This document shows positions 25,370 through 36,073 of a stretch of DNA of 64,000 nucleotides, in pieces. The number at the start of each line of letters is the position of its first letter. Position 1 is the first letter of the stretch. The notes beneath the pieces are model-generated. The model was not told the origin of the DNA. It did no database searches and worked only from the letters and a program-made list of their open reading frames with translations. This DNA comes from Neoechinorhynchus agilis (taxonomy: Eukaryota; Animalia; Acanthocephala). The position numbers and the translations under genes are program-made. Location: NCBI GenBank assembly GCA_051530055.1, contig CM121342.1, positions 1,832,797-1,896,796 on the forward strand, written 5' to 3'.

Positions 25370-25860
25370 TTCCAAAATCTATCTTAAATGGCACGTTGGA
25401 CTTCGTAATATTCATGGAAATTCTTTAATGTTTAGTTTCCCATCCCTTCCTGGGTATATTTTCCCTTTTTTGGTACACTAGAAAGTGATTAAACCACGGG
25501 AGGGATATGAGGACGGTGAGGGATTCGTACAAACTCTTAACCGTGTGATGGTTAAGGGTATTAAGTGATTCAATGACTTCTCCAATATGAGAGATCGATA
25601 TCTACAGATCTGCTTAGTCCCGTAGCACTCGTGTATATTAACGAACTAAACAAGCCAATGCTCAATATTCGTTCTCGTTCAAAGTAGGAAATGTCTCTGG
25701 AAGAAAGAAAACGTCAGCACCGACGTCATGATGAAACTATGAAGGACTGCAAGCTTCTATAATGTTGAATCATCTTGCGAAATACTATTTGATTTTCCAG
25801 CTGCATGATTGATCCCTTGCGTTTAGAAGGAAACAAAGCCAGATAACTGCTCTTTCCACA

Positions 25861-25960
25861 CTTCAATGTTCGCTACTTTAAAACGCACTTCATCACTCCA
25901 CGCGCCTTTGTAGATTCCTGAGGAAGCCTTGAGATGGCGAAAACTCGAAAATAAAGATTT
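25861..25960 (+). ncRNA. ~100-bp repeat (pLTR-like) with minimal hammerhead core at 25918-25946
   Basis: CTGAGGA-a-GCC-ttgagat-GGC-GAAA-actc; near-identical inverted copy at 39958-40058. Confidence 0.6.
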
Positions 25961-26067
25961 TCCATTAAAAACGTGATAATGTTAAATAAGAATTTCGTTT
26001 TGGAAAAATTATGGCATTCGTGTTAATTAGGATTTTAGCGATCATTAAAGATAAAATTTTTTTTTAT

Positions 26068-26899
26068 TTAGTGATCCAAAGTTTTGATTAGAACTCCGTT
26101 AAGTATTTCTACTTGTTTATCGTTGAGCTTTAGCGCCATGGAAAGCGCTTTCGAGATGTACGGACGCTGTGATTGATTATGAAGTTGGTTACTTTCACAG
26201 ACGAAATCTATACCTCTTTATGGTCGGAACGTAAAAACTTCATAAACAGAACTTTTAAATGTTCAACTGAATCTAAATCCTGTGCTGTTTGACAAGATTT
26301 GTCTGTTTGAACAACAGAATGAATATCGTCAGGAATGGTATGAACGTATAGCATAGATCGAAACAGTTTCTCGCTCTCGGAAATCACTTCATGTGCCCTT
26401 TTAAGTTCATCATTTGCCAGTCTTATGGTCATTTCGCGTTGTTTTAACTATACAGATTTTTTAAGGGTCGATTAAATGAAACCTACTTTCAGCCTAAGAT
26501 CCACATTGACCTCTTTTAATTTATCGATTTCGTCAGATAATTCCTAAATATCAACATGAACGTTTTAAGGCACATATTGTACATTTGTGACAATCAACCT
26601 GTTGAGTTTTGTCAATGCCATGACTGAGTGGAATCTCCGTGAATGAGTCAAATCGATTTGCAATCGTTTGATTAGCAATATTTCCAATGATCGTTTTTGC
26701 ACCATTAGATCCATCAACCATATAGTGCCGACAAAGTTCATTTATGCTACGCAAATAGTGGGAATAAAACGAATTTTGTTCTTGTAAATTAACACGCATA
26801 CTTTCTACCAAATGAATTATCAGCATATTCTACACCATTCTCATTATTTTTACGTTCTATCGATTCAGATGAAAATTTTCTTTTCAACATATTCAGCAT
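26068..26899 (-). CDS. Short coiled-coil protein with C-terminal GRIP-like domain, 220 aa, 5 exons (introns 26781-26808, 26544-26598, 26448-26486, 26167-26213)
   Basis: Spliced exons sum to 663 nt in one frame; EHLKVLFMKFLRSDHKERPYISKALSMALKLNDKQVEIL resembles the GRIP consensus. Confidence 0.7.
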
Positions 26900-27479
26900 T
26901 CTAATTTCTGCTATACTGGAATTAGAATTCTAAAATGACAAAGTTGCAAAAACACGATAGGAAGCAGCTTGGGGACATTGATTTACGATAGCTTTCATGA
27001 AATTAGAAAAGAACTGAGAAAATCAAGTAGTTTTACTCACGATATTTGACGTTTCTGATCGGCAGTGCGCTAATCGTACTATATATAATATTGGTTTTGA
27101 TGGTTACCGTGGAAACGATTTGCAATCATAGCTTGCATTTAATGACGTTAGTCTATAAAGGTTTGACCATTGATTTTAAATCTGAGTGTTTCATAAACTT
27201 AATTAAAGGAGCATTTACCATACCTTTGATTGAGGCAAAGGCTCAAACATTGAAATCTTGTGGCTGCAAAATCACCTGAGATTTGTCCTTATGAGTTTGA
27301 GACGGGCGACGGCATACCCGGCGGTGTTGCTGTGTATAACATGCCGGGTAAAAAGATAAACCCTATATTACTGGTCCCGAAATAGGACTTTATTATTAAA
27401 ATAAGAAGGGACGACTTGGATACTATTCTTTATCGAGATGCGTCAAAAATATATTACAATGAATTCATGTCCCACGAAA

Positions 27480-30260
27480 CTCACCATTACGCGTGATCGC
27501 ATGATTAAAAAGTAATAAATATGCGATTTAACGTTTTGTTATTGTATTGTATGCAAAGGTACTTTCCTACGTTGCACCGTAGGTATAAGCCCGTCAAATA
27601 GAATTAGACTCCGCAAGGGATCTAAAATACACGACAGCAGTCCTGTTATGCGGCAATTCGCGTCTCTTAAAATCAGGTCATCGTATGTACGACAGTTCCC
27701 TTTGCCTTTACGATACAATGTCGTTGGCTTCCAGAAAAGGAACTGTTGCACGGCCTGTGGGCAAGACGCCTCGGACCGAATTATATTGCCCGTGAACTGC
27801 AGTCGTCTGCGGCGCAAATATTTACTGGGCGGTTGGACTCCGGCTCTCTTATACAGTGCTTTGTTGGTCACTTTATCTGACCATCTGACCTTGAACGCCG
27901 CACGTAAGAGAGATGAATGATTTTGGTCCAACTGCCTCGTCGCCGTTGGTGACAGTGTCCAGGTCTCTGCATTGTAGTAGAGAATGCTCTCAATTAGAGT
28001 CCTGAACAGCTGCGAACGGAGTTCATCTGGCAAAGACTCACTGTCAAACAGTGGTTTAAGTTGCCCCATTGCTCTCCAAACTATAGCTCTCCGTCGGCTG
28101 ACATCCGCACTCAACTCAAGAACGACAGCTCCCAGATAGACATACCGCTCTATCTGTTTTAATTGCCCAACGCCATTCGGCCCTTCGCCAGAGACTGTAT
28201 GCGCGACATGCGGAATCGTCTTTTTCGAGTTGATGATCAGACCAATCGTACTCGCCCTCTCGCACAGTCTATTTAGCATGCGTTGAGCTCCTTCGACTGT
28301 TGAGGACATCAATACGATGTCGTCGGCATATGCCATGTAGGAGGCGCGTATCTCAGGATACCTGCGACCTCTTTTCCTCAACAGAAGAAATCCATCTTCA
28401 TTATTCGGTAGTGCCCATCTCATTACCCAATCAAGCACCAAGATGAAGAGGAAAGGAGCAAATGAGTCGCCCTGCAAAACACCTGAAGTGGTGGAAAAGT
28501 ATTCTGTCAAACCGTCAGCTATCTTTGCGGCGGACCTTGTGTTTTTATATAATGCTATAACGGATGTGGCAATGATCGACGGCACTCCATACTCCTTTAA
28601 GATACTGCCAATCATCGTTCGATTTACCGAATCGAAAGCTCGACGGAAATCAACAAATACCAGCGTCACATCCGTTTGATGAATTCGTGCTTCTTCGAGG
28701 ATCCTCCTCAAAGTAAATATGTGCTCTGTGGTGTCTCGACCTATTCTGAAGCCGTTCTGTTCAATTCTCCGAAACGGTTCGAGGATTGGCTTAATTCGGC
28801 GTCTCAAAATGCTGCTGAAAAGTTTTGCCGTGTTGGACATCAAGGATATACCTCTGTAGTCCTCCATCTTTGTCGAGCAGCATTTCTTGGAGATCATTGT
28901 TAAATGCGCCGTTTGCCAGATTTGAGGTACTGAGCCACCATTCATTATGCCATTCATTATCGGTATGATTTTTCTGGCAATAGATTCAAACCTCAGTACC
29001 TCTGCCATTATCCCATCTGGGCCTGATGCACGTCCCGCACGCATCATTTTCGCCGCAGCGATCGCTTCCTTCACGGAAATCGGTCCAGTTAAGTATGCCT
29101 CAGTGCTTGGGACGATTGTGCCTTTTGGAAATGCAGGACTCACTTCCAAAGACGATAATGGCGAATTGAGAATTTCCGCAAAATAATTTGCGATTCTCTT
29201 TTTTCTGATTTCCGGGGAGGGACCTTCAATCAAAGTTGGCTGTCTTTGGGATATTCCTGTGAGAGTGTTTATCGCTCTCCATGCTAAGGAGGTACGAACA
29301 AAACCTTCCTTATATGCGATCCCGCGAACTGCATCCTCTATCGAAGCTTTTGGTTTTCATTAATGAGGTTCGCAAGTTCAAGACTTGCAATGCGAGCCTC
29401 AGATCGTTTTCCTCTTTTTCTTAGAGTTTTGATCTGCCCAGCCATTGCCATAAATTCACAGTCCTGCCGTATAACCTTTGCAGCTTTTATACGCCTCATT
29501 TTTGGGAGGGTTTTCTCGGCCGCTTCTATCACTGCGTCGCAGATTGACTTGTAATAAAAATCAATATCCGTTTCAGCAGCTGGCATCGAGCTCAGTTGAT
29601 TCTCTAGTTCGATATCGAACTCTTTCCTCTTCTCCTCATTAGCAAGAGCGCCATAGAACGGACGTGGAGGATGTTGAGGCGTACGGAACAACGAGTCACT
29701 CATGCTCAACTGACACATCATCAACTTGTGGTCGGTTGGCAGCCCATCAACTGTGAATGTGTCAGCGTTTTTGACCCGACATTTTCCCCTACGCCTCAAC
29801 AATATATGTTCAAGCTGAGCTAAGCGTCTCTTGGGATTTTTTCCCAAGAGACGCTTTCTTTCACGAGTCCCTAACTTTCTTTCACGAGGCCCTAACTTTC
29901 TTTCACGATGATCGGACTTGATGTTACTGATTCTTGTCGGTCACGTAAAAGAAGCAGCTCCGGCGGCCAGACAGCTACTGATAGTAGCCTGTCAACGCGG
30001 GGTCGGTGTGCCGCTCCACTTGGTGATGCGGCAGCGAACAGGAGCAACAAAATCCACCAGTTCAACGGGAAAAGCGAGGGCGTCGTAGCTCTCGCCGACG
30101 ACTTGAGCGTCGAAATGAGCGAAACTCTCGCCGGAGGCAACGAAAGCGTCAGTCGAAGCTCATCACCGTGGTGGGTACGGACGGTTCAGGTGGCGCTGAC
30201 AGCCGTGAGCCCTTTGGCCAAGCTATTTCAGATAGATCAGATCAGAACGTTTTGGTAATA
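27480..30260 (-). mobile_element. RTE-clade LINE, RT ORF largely open, endonuclease partly missing
   Basis: ASGPDGI, DYRGISLMS, QNGFRIGRDTTEHIFTLRRILE, FVDFRRAFDSV, GVLQGDSFAPFLF, YADD; upstream QLEHILL...TDHKLM is the APE C-terminus. Confidence 0.9.
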
Positions 30261-30559
30261 TTTTTGGAACCACTCAATAATATGAACATCAAATTTCAAG
30301 ATTTATCAAGAACGGGTGCATTTCGGGTGTTTTATATGCCAATATGGCTTGACAAATGAAAACAAATATTGACATAGCAGGCAAATTTTACTGGAAATAT
30401 ATCGGTATTCTCACCAATTTCATACAATTTATGATTAATACAAATTCAAACAAACGAGCTGCGCATCGCGCCCTCAGATTGAACAGTTCCTTGAACACTT
30501 ACTTTGGATAGTTAGGCTTATACATTGTATGGAATAGGTTTTTTGTTTTGGTTCTCCCA

Positions 30560-31000
30560 CCGCTACGAAAATCGGTATAAAATAATGTCTCCGCGGGAGT
30601 TCTTCATATTCAGCCGATTTTTGATTCTCCCGCCCCTTTACCAGACCGGACAATGGAGTATTCGTATATCAACGTGCACTTCACCCCATCTGCGGTTACG
30701 AAGTTTTGGTAGGCTTCCGGTGAATGCTTTGCGATTGCTTCCAAGGGGGCTGATCTATGGATAATGTTGAAAGCATTGCGAAATCTATTTCGAGAAGCGC
30801 GGTCGGTGGGTGCACGTAGCATGAATGATTGACTTAGCTCCACACTGTGTGTAACATCCCAGTGGTACTCGACGAAATCACTGGCCTACCGATTCCCCTA
30901 ATTTTCTGCAGAGAATTTTTGCGGCTAGCTGGTGTAGGGTACAAAAAACAGCAATCGGCCGGACACCGCTGCCTTTTTGAGAAAGCGCAGCGGAACGCTA
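30560..31000 (-). mobile_element. CRE-like (RLE-type) non-LTR retrotransposon RT fragment
   Basis: KKGSGVRPIAV..LHQLAAKILC and FRNAFNIIHRS..LEAIAKHSPEAY are homologous to the element at 54.1-56.7 kb. Confidence 0.7.
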
Positions 31001-31091
31001 AAAGATTTGTTAATTTCTTTTTTATTACATTTACCGTGGGCTTAGTAACACAGCTAAATATTCTAATAATATGATTACTAATTTTAGAAAC

Positions 31092-31172
31092 TTGTCGATA
31101 GGAGAAAATAAATGAAATTAAGAATTTATTGATTTGATATTTCGATCCACTATCTCGGATCTTCTTCAGCGA
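31092..31172 (-). ncRNA. Repeat with minimal hammerhead core at 31136-31169
   Basis: CTGAAGA-a-GATCC-gagatagt-GGATC-GAAA-tatc; identical copy at 58315-58395; stem I poor. Confidence 0.5.
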
Positions 31173-31559
31173 TTGTTTGTACGACAAACAACAATGAATT
31201 ATCTTTTCAACAATTTTAGAAACATGGGTCCCCCTAAACCTTTCTTTGTATTCAATAAACGTGTTATTATTATAATATCGATTGGTAAAAGCATTATCCT
31301 CGTCGGAGTCACAAAGGATTATCTCAACGATAAGTAGAGGCGAAGGATACTTGTGAACAGCTATTAGAGCTTTGTTATTTCAATTTTTTTCATTTTATGT
31401 ATCTATGTTAATATATCCTCCCAAAAATGGGTTTTTTGAGCAAAATTCAGTGTATTGAGGTGGAGATTCTCACCACTTGCTGCTGTAACGCTTTCTCAAA
31501 TCAACAACAATTTAGGCCTGATTTACAGATGCCATTTCTAATTGATAAACGTTAAGCCA

Positions 31560-32270
31560 CTGGCTAGTCTCTTATCGTCACAATCGCCAACAATACATTC
31601 AGTGCCGGGCTACCTCCTCGATGATCAGCCTGGTACTGTCACCACTTCTTTTTAATATTTTCCTAAAACTTTTCTTATACGCAACGATCTCACACCGCTT
31701 GAGCTTCTAAATGATATCCTACCAGTCACCTCCCTCAGAATACTGGGTCTCCAATTTCAATCAAACTTGAAATGGGACTCGCACATTTCACTCTCCCTAG
31801 AGTGCAATACCTTTAAAATCTACCTCCTCTTTCCAAATTTTACCACAGCTTTAGTTTACCCACCCTCACCTACGGCTATCCCGAATTTTGCAACCCATCC
31901 AAATCACTCCACATTTTGTTGCTCCTTTCACATGAGTACAACACTGGTAATCCTAATTCGTTTCACCCTCCTTCGACCTCGTACTTCCCTTTACCTACGC
32001 TCCTTTTTCTAAACTGCCAAATCTTCTCGGATATCACTACCCGAAATGAACCAGGGGAAAGGCCCAATCTCACAAACTCTCCCGCAAACAATAACCACTA
32101 ATCTCTACCCAAACGGACATCCCTCGAACGGATATTCCCACCCGATCGAAACCGTAATCCAGTCCAAAATCAACAATCGCATTCATTTAACAAATCAGAA
32201 TTGAGTGTTTATGGGAACCCAAAGGTACATGGGTCGTATTTAAAATCTAGTTTTTCAAAAATTAAAGATC
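31560..32270 (+). mobile_element. L2/CR1-group LINE 3' fragment
   Basis: Similar to 9100-9900 (LRILGLQFQSNLKWDSH; HEYNTGNPNSFHPPSTS). Confidence 0.75.
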
Positions 32271-32632
32271 TAATCGCCAGAAAAAACGACCGCAAAATAC
32301 GATAAGAATGAGTCGGTTAACGCCGTAAACGAGCAAAATAAGAACTCGTTGTGTATCTCACTAGAACGAAAACTAACAAGCGAAGTTCCGTTCTTTTTAC
32401 GACGAGCTAAACAAAGCGTGATTAATCGGAAATATACATCCTAAGACATTCCAAATGAGCCATAGACGGCACTATGTGGCTCCACTTTCGAAGAAACAAA
32501 ATTGACTTGCGCATTGGTTTGAAGCGTATAAATTAGACTAGCAAAGACAATTCGTGTATTTCCTTGCGTCGAAAATACGAAAGTGCAAACAGTTTCGGCT
32601 TTCGACTGCGTCTCACCGAATCATTTAGACAA

Positions 32633-33602
32633 ATGATCAACGTTTCCAGCGCGAGCGAATTGGACGTGGCTATATTCTGTCCGTTGGCCGTGGTTAATTT
32701 CGTGACTGAAGATTCCCAAGGATGCGCTCTCTATACGGATGCCCTCGGACGTCTTGCATCTAAAGTCCACATGAAAGGACATTCAGTTCCATTTTACGTC
32801 TGTTCCATTCGCGTTTGTCCTCGATGGGTAAATGAGCTCAAAATCGATAAGGTCCCTTGTGTATGTTTGTTCAAAGAAGCGAAACTTTATGAGAAATACG
32901 AGCAGAAGGACATTAGCGATTGTGTGGATCGTTTATTAAAACATTTGACTGCATCGACTAATACTGACGATGAGGCCAGATGGATCAAGTTTGGAGAAAA
33001 GGTTGTCAAAGGCGATCCACCGACTCTTGTGTACGAACTTGAAGCGGATTGTAAGTCCGTATTTGAAGGTTTGCAACAACATCCGATCCGTATTTGCGAT
33101 TTAGATGAAACCAAAATCTAAGAAAAGTTGCCAACAAACAGATTTTGGTTCAATAAAACGTCAACCCGATGGATTCGTCCAGGTCATCCGTAAAGCTCGA
33201 AATATTCCAGAAAAAAGTCCATTCCCAATTACACTATTCATAGAATCCCGTACTATTGACTCTTATGAACAAATTCAAAGCATGTTTGGAAACGAGGAAA
33301 GTCGTTTGAGAAAACTGGTCTCACGTCATCGAGTAATGCTCGTAATTAAAGGAACTCGCGAATCCCCCCGATGTGGATTCAGCAAACGAGCCATTGATCT
33401 ACTGAACAGTACTGGCGTTCCGTATGATACCTACGACATTATCAATGATCCGCAAGCTAGAGAAGGTCTTAAAAAGATGTTTTGCTGGCCAACGTATCCT
33501 CAGCTCTATGTCGAAGGAAATCTTGTAGGCGGCCTTGATATTATGAAAGAAATGAACGAGTGCCATGAGCTTAAACAAATCCTAACTGGCAAAGAAAAAT
33601 AG
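32633..33602 (+). CDS. GLRX3: Glutaredoxin-3/PICOT-like (Trx-like domain, degenerate Grx, CGFS Grx); intron 33090-33141
   Basis: C-terminal MLVIKGTRESPRCGFS...WPTYPQLYVEGNLVGGLDI; a 52-nt GT-AG intron joins the ORFs giving QHPIHFGSI, which aligns with HNIQFSSF of Grx domain 1. Confidence 0.85.
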
Positions 33603-34490
33603 AATTTTAATTTTTTATATTTGCTTGCCTTTGTTGCGACACGAATATCGACTCAAAAATTCATAAATATCATAACAGCGTTCAAGAACTTAAAGCGTTC
33701 AAAAATTCCGCTGGCCGTGTGTGTTTAAATCGAATAGGTTTACATCGTTTACTTAAGGAAAAACGCGAAATCGATCTTCAGCACAATTACGGAATGTAAA
33801 AACTCTGCCAGTTTTTTAATTTTCTGCCAATTGCCCGTATAGTTCACCAGGGTATTAAGTGTGATTTTATGCGCTTCCCTGATCAGAAAAAATTATCAGC
33901 CGTGAAAAAGGCCATACTTCAAAAACACAGAATAAATGATTACTGTTCAATCTCACAACGTCCCGCATGTTAAAAAGAAAAAATCCGAAATTTTTTATTA
34001 ACGTACATCGAATATTTCTTCATTGCGCCGAAGCTAACAGAACTGTTAGAATTCAATTTTAGATGCTTTAATTTATGCCACCTCAAGGAATAGCGTATTT
34101 ATTGCCAGCACTTTCGATTCTTCCGTGCTACCAAGGTATATTGATCATATAAACACATAAGGCTTTCAATAAGCAATTCGACGGCTATCCTTGCGTGACC
34201 TCAATAACTTCTTGTAATGGACAAGGCGTTTACACCGAGGATAAGAACAGATACGCGCTCCAAATATAATAAGGAAAAATCAATAAAGAGACTTACAGGT
34301 CGCCAAAGACCAAAAGCAAAAAGATGGTCAGTCGGCCAATGACGTTGTGTCAGTAATTTTGTTGTTAAGGGTCAAGAAGTGGGTTAGATCTAACTATTCA
34401 TCAATGAAGATCCATAAGTGGATCCGTGGTATGTCTGTGAATGGATCATTTTATAGATTACTCGGTGATTTAGTCGATAACCAATATGAA

Positions 34491-34887
34491 ATGCAAATGG
34501 TCTCGGATGAAAGCAACGACGGAGATCGTAATGACAACAAAAGTGAGAAATACCAAAGTTAGTGCTTATTTTTTTCTGTTCTTAGCGAAAAAGGCTGATA
34601 TTTCGGATGAAAGTACTCAAGCTGCCAGCACTTCACCTTCACGAAAAGATTCGGATCAGGAAACTGCTAAGGAAAACGAAGCGGTAACTCCTGATGACGT
34701 CAAAAAATCGACGTTTTAGTTGCGTAATAAGCTTAAAAATCCCGTCACTATTCCGTCGATTGTGCGAGAGAAAGTTGGGTTCGTAGAGAATAAAGTTCAG
34801 AAATTTAGTGACGAAACTGTGAAGTCACTTCATGCAGATTCTTACGGATGCGTTCTGCTTGACCATTTACATTTACTGACTAATTAA
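34491..34887 (+). CDS. Small hypothetical spliced ORF (introns 34558-34585, 34684-34719); 5' end uncertain
   Basis: Phase-compatible GTTAGT..TTCTTAG (28 nt) and GTAACT..TTTTAG (36 nt) join three frames; no homology recognised. Confidence 0.35.
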
Positions 34888-36073
34888 GCTCATATTGGTG
34901 GTGGTGGTGGCGACGGTGCAGTCATTGTGGATTTCGAGAGTTATCGTTTTAGAGATTTATAAATGCCGCCCGAAAATTATACCGCCGACCAGTGTACCTT
35001 AGGATGTTGCTTTGTCGCACTTTAGGCCACTTCTTCCTCATTTGTAATAAAACTTAAATAACGACGTCATTTTTATATATAAAACGACAACTTTGATTAA
35101 GTAAATTATTCACAAGAATTCTTCATTGTTAAATAAAGACTTTACGAAGTCATTTCTTTTGTTTTTTTACATTATCGCTGAATCAACGATAGTCGCGATT
35201 AATTCGCAATATTTCGTCGGACGTTTTCAGATTGCAAATTGTTTCGAGATAAAAGTGAAAGTTATAAAGCTATATTTCGCAGTTAGCGATCAACAAAACA
35301 GTCTAGATTTTTATGATTAATAAAAGAACACAAATATAATTTTGATTTATTTTCTCTATACGGCGAGTTTTTCCTTCCCTGAGATTTATTTACATGCAAA
35401 TTTTCGAGGCTTCAACCTCCTTCGGAGGAGCGAAGGTGAAAATGGTGGAAAACGGGCTCCAAAGAAGGCTCTGATCAAGGAAACTCTTCTCATCTACGCG
35501 GAGAGGACAACTGAAGGCAACAAGGGCAACTTCGCTCTTGTCCTTCCGACAAATGACCTCCGTGGAGCAGTTGCGCATAGGGCGAAGCATCACCTCGGAA
35601 TCTGATGGTCCCGCGTCCAGGGATCAAATGAGCTCCCCTGGAATCGCCCTCAGAAGCACATTCAAGAAAAAGGAAGACAACTGAAATCATTAGGAAAATG
35701 GCGAAGATTAAGTCCGCCCAAATCTATAACTTGCTAGCAAAAAACCGAACGTCCAACCGGTCGACATTGAACTACAAATCGAACTGAACACACAACACGA
35801 AGGAAGTTGAGGCCTCGGAAATTTGCATGTAAATAAATCTCGAGGAGGGAATAACTCGCCGCATATGGAGAAAATGAACTGAAACCTTCGAAGGAAAAAC
35901 TCGATCGAATATAATTTTGCCGTATATGTTGATTCTTTCACGAAAAGTCGCAATGTGACGTCATTCGCATTAGTTGACGATAATTAACGTCTTGTGAACC
36001 ATAATTTTTGCTTTCCCAACCAGATTCCTGCGGGTTTCCTCCCGAACTTGTTATTTTAGACAAAACAACAAGA

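Noticed and set aside
30120-30215. HDV-like pseudoknot in the RTE leader (gggctca/tgagctt crossing gtcag/ctgac)
   Set aside because: The P2-P3 spacer is too long, and there is no P1.1 GG or catalytic J4/2 segment.
30610-31337. Initial reading as a Penelope GIY-YIG or linker region
   Set aside because: Frames match the CRE-like RT at 55 kb, and the plus-strand part at 31200-31272 is an L2-type 3' tail.
33107-33150. 11-bp perfect hairpin (aaccaaaatct/agattttggtt) at the GLRX3 frame break, suggesting programmed frameshifting
   Set aside because: A canonical 52-nt GT-AG intron restores the frame and gives a better alignment to Grx domain 1.
35342-35953. GC-richer overlapping short ORFs upstream of INTS8 (one with CPCC)
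   Set aside because: No consistent gene model or recognisable domain.
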